DNA from: Blepharisma stoltei ATCC 30299
Taxonomy: Eukaryota > Protista > Ciliophora
Assembly: GCA_965603825.1 (NCBI GenBank)
Contig: CBFDEM010000018.1
Location: 868,001 to 932,000 of the forward strand
Reading direction: 5' to 3'
DNA: 64,000 nt
Shown: positions 60,798 to 64,000 of the stretch, one piece after another
Position numbering within the stretch: position 1 is the first letter of the stretch
Layout: every line of letters starts with the position of its first letter
Position numbers and translations under genes: made by a program
The notes under the pieces: model-generated
What the model was told of the DNA's origin: nothing
Seen by the model: the letters and a program-made list of their open reading frames with translations, nothing else
Databases searched by the model: none

Positions 60798-62822
60798 ATG
60801 GACTCATCTTATTTATGGGTGTCCAAATCTGCTTACAATCAATTCATCCAGCCAGATGGGAAAAATCTCCACTGGACTGATGATATTAATTTTGAACTTC
60901 CTATATTCATGGAATCATCAGGACCTGGGGCTAGTCCTCCAATGACGTTCATAAATATTTTTCAAGATGCTTTGCAAACCCATGCTCAGCAGCCTGCTTT
61001 ACGAGTAAAGCGCGGAGGAAAGTGGGTCACATGAACTTACCAGCAATATTACGATGATAGCTTACGATTTGCAAGAGCTGCAATTAATTTAGGAATTAAG
61101 CCTCGAGCAGTCACGAACATCATTGGATTCAATGCTCCTGAATGGCTGATTAGCTTTGCAGGCTCATTAATTGCTAATTTAGTTCCAATTGGAGTCTATA
61201 CAACTAATGGTCCAGAGGCCTGCTTTTATATAGCAAATCACAGTGAAGCTGAATTGTTAATTGTTCAAAACGAAATTCAGCTCAAAAAATATCTTGCAAT
61301 TTGGGATAAACTACCTCGATTAAAAGCAATTATTGTCTATTTGCCTGGAGCAGAATTGGAGTCTTTAAGAGCTGGGAAGCAAATTTTTACATGGGAAGAA
61401 TTTATGGCAACTGGAAGTGATGCTGAAGGAAAAGAACTTGCAAAAAGAATGAGAGAGATCAGTCCAGCTCAATGTGCAACTGTAGTTTATACATCAGGCA
61501 CTACAGGACCTCCTAAAGGAGTGCTGCTTAGCCATGATAACTACATTTGGTGCGCAAAATCCTGCGTTGATGATGCCGAATTGATGGCAGCAGACCCCAA
61601 TATTCTGGTTTCATATCTTCCTTTAAGTCACTCTGCAGCACAAATTATTGATATTTTTGGCTGCATGTATAAGAAAGGAATTTTATATTTTGCAGACGAA
61701 AATTGCTTGCAAGGGACTTTAGGCAATACACTTAAAGAAGTTCGCCCAACTTTTTTTATGTCAGTTCCAAGAGTTTTTGAAAAAATCGAGGAAAGAATTA
61801 AAGCGATCGCAGCAAGCAAAGGATCATTCGCTAAAAAAGTTGGCACTTGGGCTAAGAAAGTTGGATATGAAGGAACCATCGAGCAGCTTCAGCAGAAGCC
61901 AACTTCTTTGAGTTTTAGTATTGCAAATGCTATTATCTTTAAAAAAATAAAGCAAGCATTAGGATTAGATAGATGCAAGGCTTTCATTGTTAGTGCTGCC
62001 CCAATAGCGAAATCAACTCTTGAGTATTTTTTAAGCCTAAACATACCGCTGTTAAACGTCTATGGAATGTCAGAGTGTGCAGCCCCAGAAACTATGAACT
62101 ATCTTCATAATAACAATATATGAAGTGTTGGACAGCCTGTGAATGGGACAAGGCTTAAAATTCTTAGCCAAAGCGGAGAAGAGGTGCCAAGAGGGACCCG
62201 CGGAGAAATTTGCATGAAGGGACGTAATAGATTTATGGGCTATTATAAGAATGAAACAGAAACTAAAGCAACAATTGATAAAAATGGTTTCTTGCACAGT
62301 GGAGATGAAGGATACCTTAACGAAAAAGGGTTTCTATTCATAACAGGAAGATTCAAAGAACTTATCATTACAGCTGGTGGAGAAAACATTCCTCCAGTTT
62401 TAATAGAGGACACCATAAAAGAGGAATGCAAACTAATTTCAAACTGTATGCTAGTTGGAGACCATAAAAATTATTTAGCTTTATTGCTAGCTATTAAAAC
62501 CGAGCCTGGACCTGACCTGAGTTTGACCAGAGTTTTATCAGGAGAAGCATTGAGGATTCTTGCAGAAATAGGATCAACAGCAAAGACCTATGATGAAGCT
62601 ATGAGTGACCAAAAAGTCAAAAAATATATACAGGAAGGAATTGATAGGGCGAATAAAAGAGCTATTTCGAAGGCTCAGCATGTGAGGAAATGGGTATTTT
62701 TGCCAAATGATTTCTCACTGCAAGGTGGAGAATTAACACCGACAATGAAATTGAAAAGGAAATTTGTAGCACAAAAATATGCTAGTCTGATTGAAGAGCT
62801 CTACACTAGTCCTAATTTATAA
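60798..62822 (+). CDS. ACSBG: Long-chain acyl-CoA synthetase, bubblegum (ACSBG)-like
   Basis: 'YTSGTTGPPKGVLLSHDN', 'YLPLSH', 'YGMSE', 'GRFKELIITAGGENIPP', 'GELTPTMKLKR'; two TGA read as Trp. Confidence 0.93.
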
Positions 62823-62929
62823 TTAATTATAAAAGTTCTTTAATTGATTATAGAGAAATTCTGATTACAAAATGAGAATTAATTTATTTACAATGGAATT
62901 AGTATAAGCATTCTGTATATTATTTATCA

Positions 62930-63457
62930 TTAATTTTTTGGCTTAGTGATAATCCTCTCTTTTGTTGGGTTGCTGAATAACCGATAATTGAGGATCTTAG
63001 TATTATAACTTCCAAAGCTTAGTGAGCTGTTCAAATCGCTCGGGATATCCACTGAAGCCCCACAGTCTTCAATATTTTTCAGCTCAAATCCTGTCACGTG
63101 CAAACTCTCATTCATAAACAGCTTTCTATTACTGTTATTTGAAGAAAACACCTGTGGACGTCTTAGCATAGGCTTTTTTAACGCACTATCCAACTCGCGC
63201 TCTGACTGGGACGCTAGAAGCTTGCTAGGAGAACTTGGAGCGGTCTTCAAGGCTCTATCATCCCATATAAAGCTATCAGGTGTTTGCCGACTTAAAAAAT
63301 TGTTTTCATTATTGCCAGTCTTCCCAGGTTTTTTTGTGAGGGAGTTGCGACTTGAGAAAGTATGGAGGAGAGTTGGAGTGCTTGGCTTCTTCATAGGATA
63401 ACGGGCATAGTGAGTATCATGGCCCTTTTTTAACGAACTTTTCGAATTCGAATCCAT
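62930..63457 (-). CDS. Uncharacterised Ser/Lys-rich protein
   Basis: 175-aa ATG-to-TAA ORF. Confidence 0.65.
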   Translation of the reverse strand: MDSNSKSSLKKGHDTHYARYPMKKPSTPTLLHTFSSRNSLTKKPGKTGNNENNFLSRQTPDSFIWDDRALKTAPSSPSKLLASQSERELDSALKKPMLRRPQVFSSNNSNRKLFMNESLHVTGFELKNIEDCGASVDIPSDLNSSLSFGSYNTKILNYRLFSNPTKERIITKPKN

Positions 63458-63675
63458 TTATTTCTTAATAGAACGTATCAATATGTTATGCATAGATTTT
63501 ATAGATTTCAAACTTAATCATAGAGTGCTAAAATTTAAATTAATTTAAGTGTATTGGTAAATTTACTTTAATTCTGTGATATTTTTGATGGCAATTCAAT
63601 ATAAATTCCATAATTTGCTTTATTCCCACACATTCTCAGTAATTTTTCTCTTTCTTATGTTTCAAATTTATACAA

Positions 63676-64000
63676 ATGGAACCCAAAAAATCAAAAACTT
63701 TAAAGTCAACTCGACCAATTTCTGCAGGCAAAAACACGATGGAAGTTATTGCTCCTCGTCAATCCACCACTGAGTCTCAGCGTTCTCGTAAAACTCCTAC
63801 TCGTAAACTTGAAAGAGTTTCCTCAGGATCTACCTCTCCCAGTACCTCCTTGACTGACTTTTCTTCAATTCGTCCCTCCACTCTTGACTCCACAGAAAGA
63901 TCCCGTCTCGAACTCTTAGCCACAAACCCTCTAAAATCTTCTACAAGCATCAAAGAACTTTCCCAAAGATCCCAAGAGCTTCAAGAAATGCTGCGAGAAA
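63676..64000 (+). CDS. 5' part of a Ser/Thr-rich protein running off the window
   Basis: ATG at 63676 (MEPKKSKTLKSTRP...) with the frame open to the window end. Confidence 0.65.
   Translation, partial: MEPKKSKTLKSTRPISAGKNTMEVIAPRQSTTESQRSRKTPTRKLERVSSGSTSPSTSLTDFSSIRPSTLDSTERSRLELLATNPLKSSTSIKELSQRSQELQEMLRE

Noticed and set aside
872-63773. Numerous short antisense or overlapping ORFs in the track (e.g. 872-1096, 4196-4495, 12002-12496, 14207-14430)
   Set aside because: Shadows of real genes or AT-rich chance ORFs, many with non-ATG starts
1-64000. tRNA, rRNA, telomeric repeats, transposase, CRISPR array, retained IES
   Set aside because: None recognised by eye; IES detection requires a MIC/MAC comparison

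Overview
Gene-dense, AT-rich eukaryotic DNA that reads as ciliate macronuclear sequence, most likely a heterotrich of the Blepharisma type. TGA is read as Trp, and only TAA/TAG end genes. Spliceosomal introns are 15-16 nt (GTAA...TA...AG). With these two rules the fragmented ORF track collapses into about 44 complete genes, one truncated at the window end, plus a SNF1/AMPK pseudogene. Recognisable genes include an SPFH protein, a dCache-HAMP receptor, mu-like GST, RING-H2, eIF4E, PABPN1, TMEM181, CFAP300, an ankyrin protein, a CLASP-like protein, a bacterial-type PARG, SAPS, START, malonyl-CoA:ACP transacylase, CDPK, ARP8, DnaJ, GRASP, CK1, an 8-kb IP3R/RyR-like channel, PsuG, CSL4 and ACSBG. 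The most notable unannotated element is a box H/ACA snoRNA-like RNA (3669-3789, minus). It starts directly after one gene's stop codon and ends 23 nt before the next gene's ATG. Other highlights: a head-to-head gene pair with start codons 3 nt apart, a long GC-rich intergenic hairpin, an orphan bacterial-style TM-dCache-TM-HAMP receptor, and an uncharacterised myristoylated paralog pair. All coordinates were derived by hand and no searches were run.
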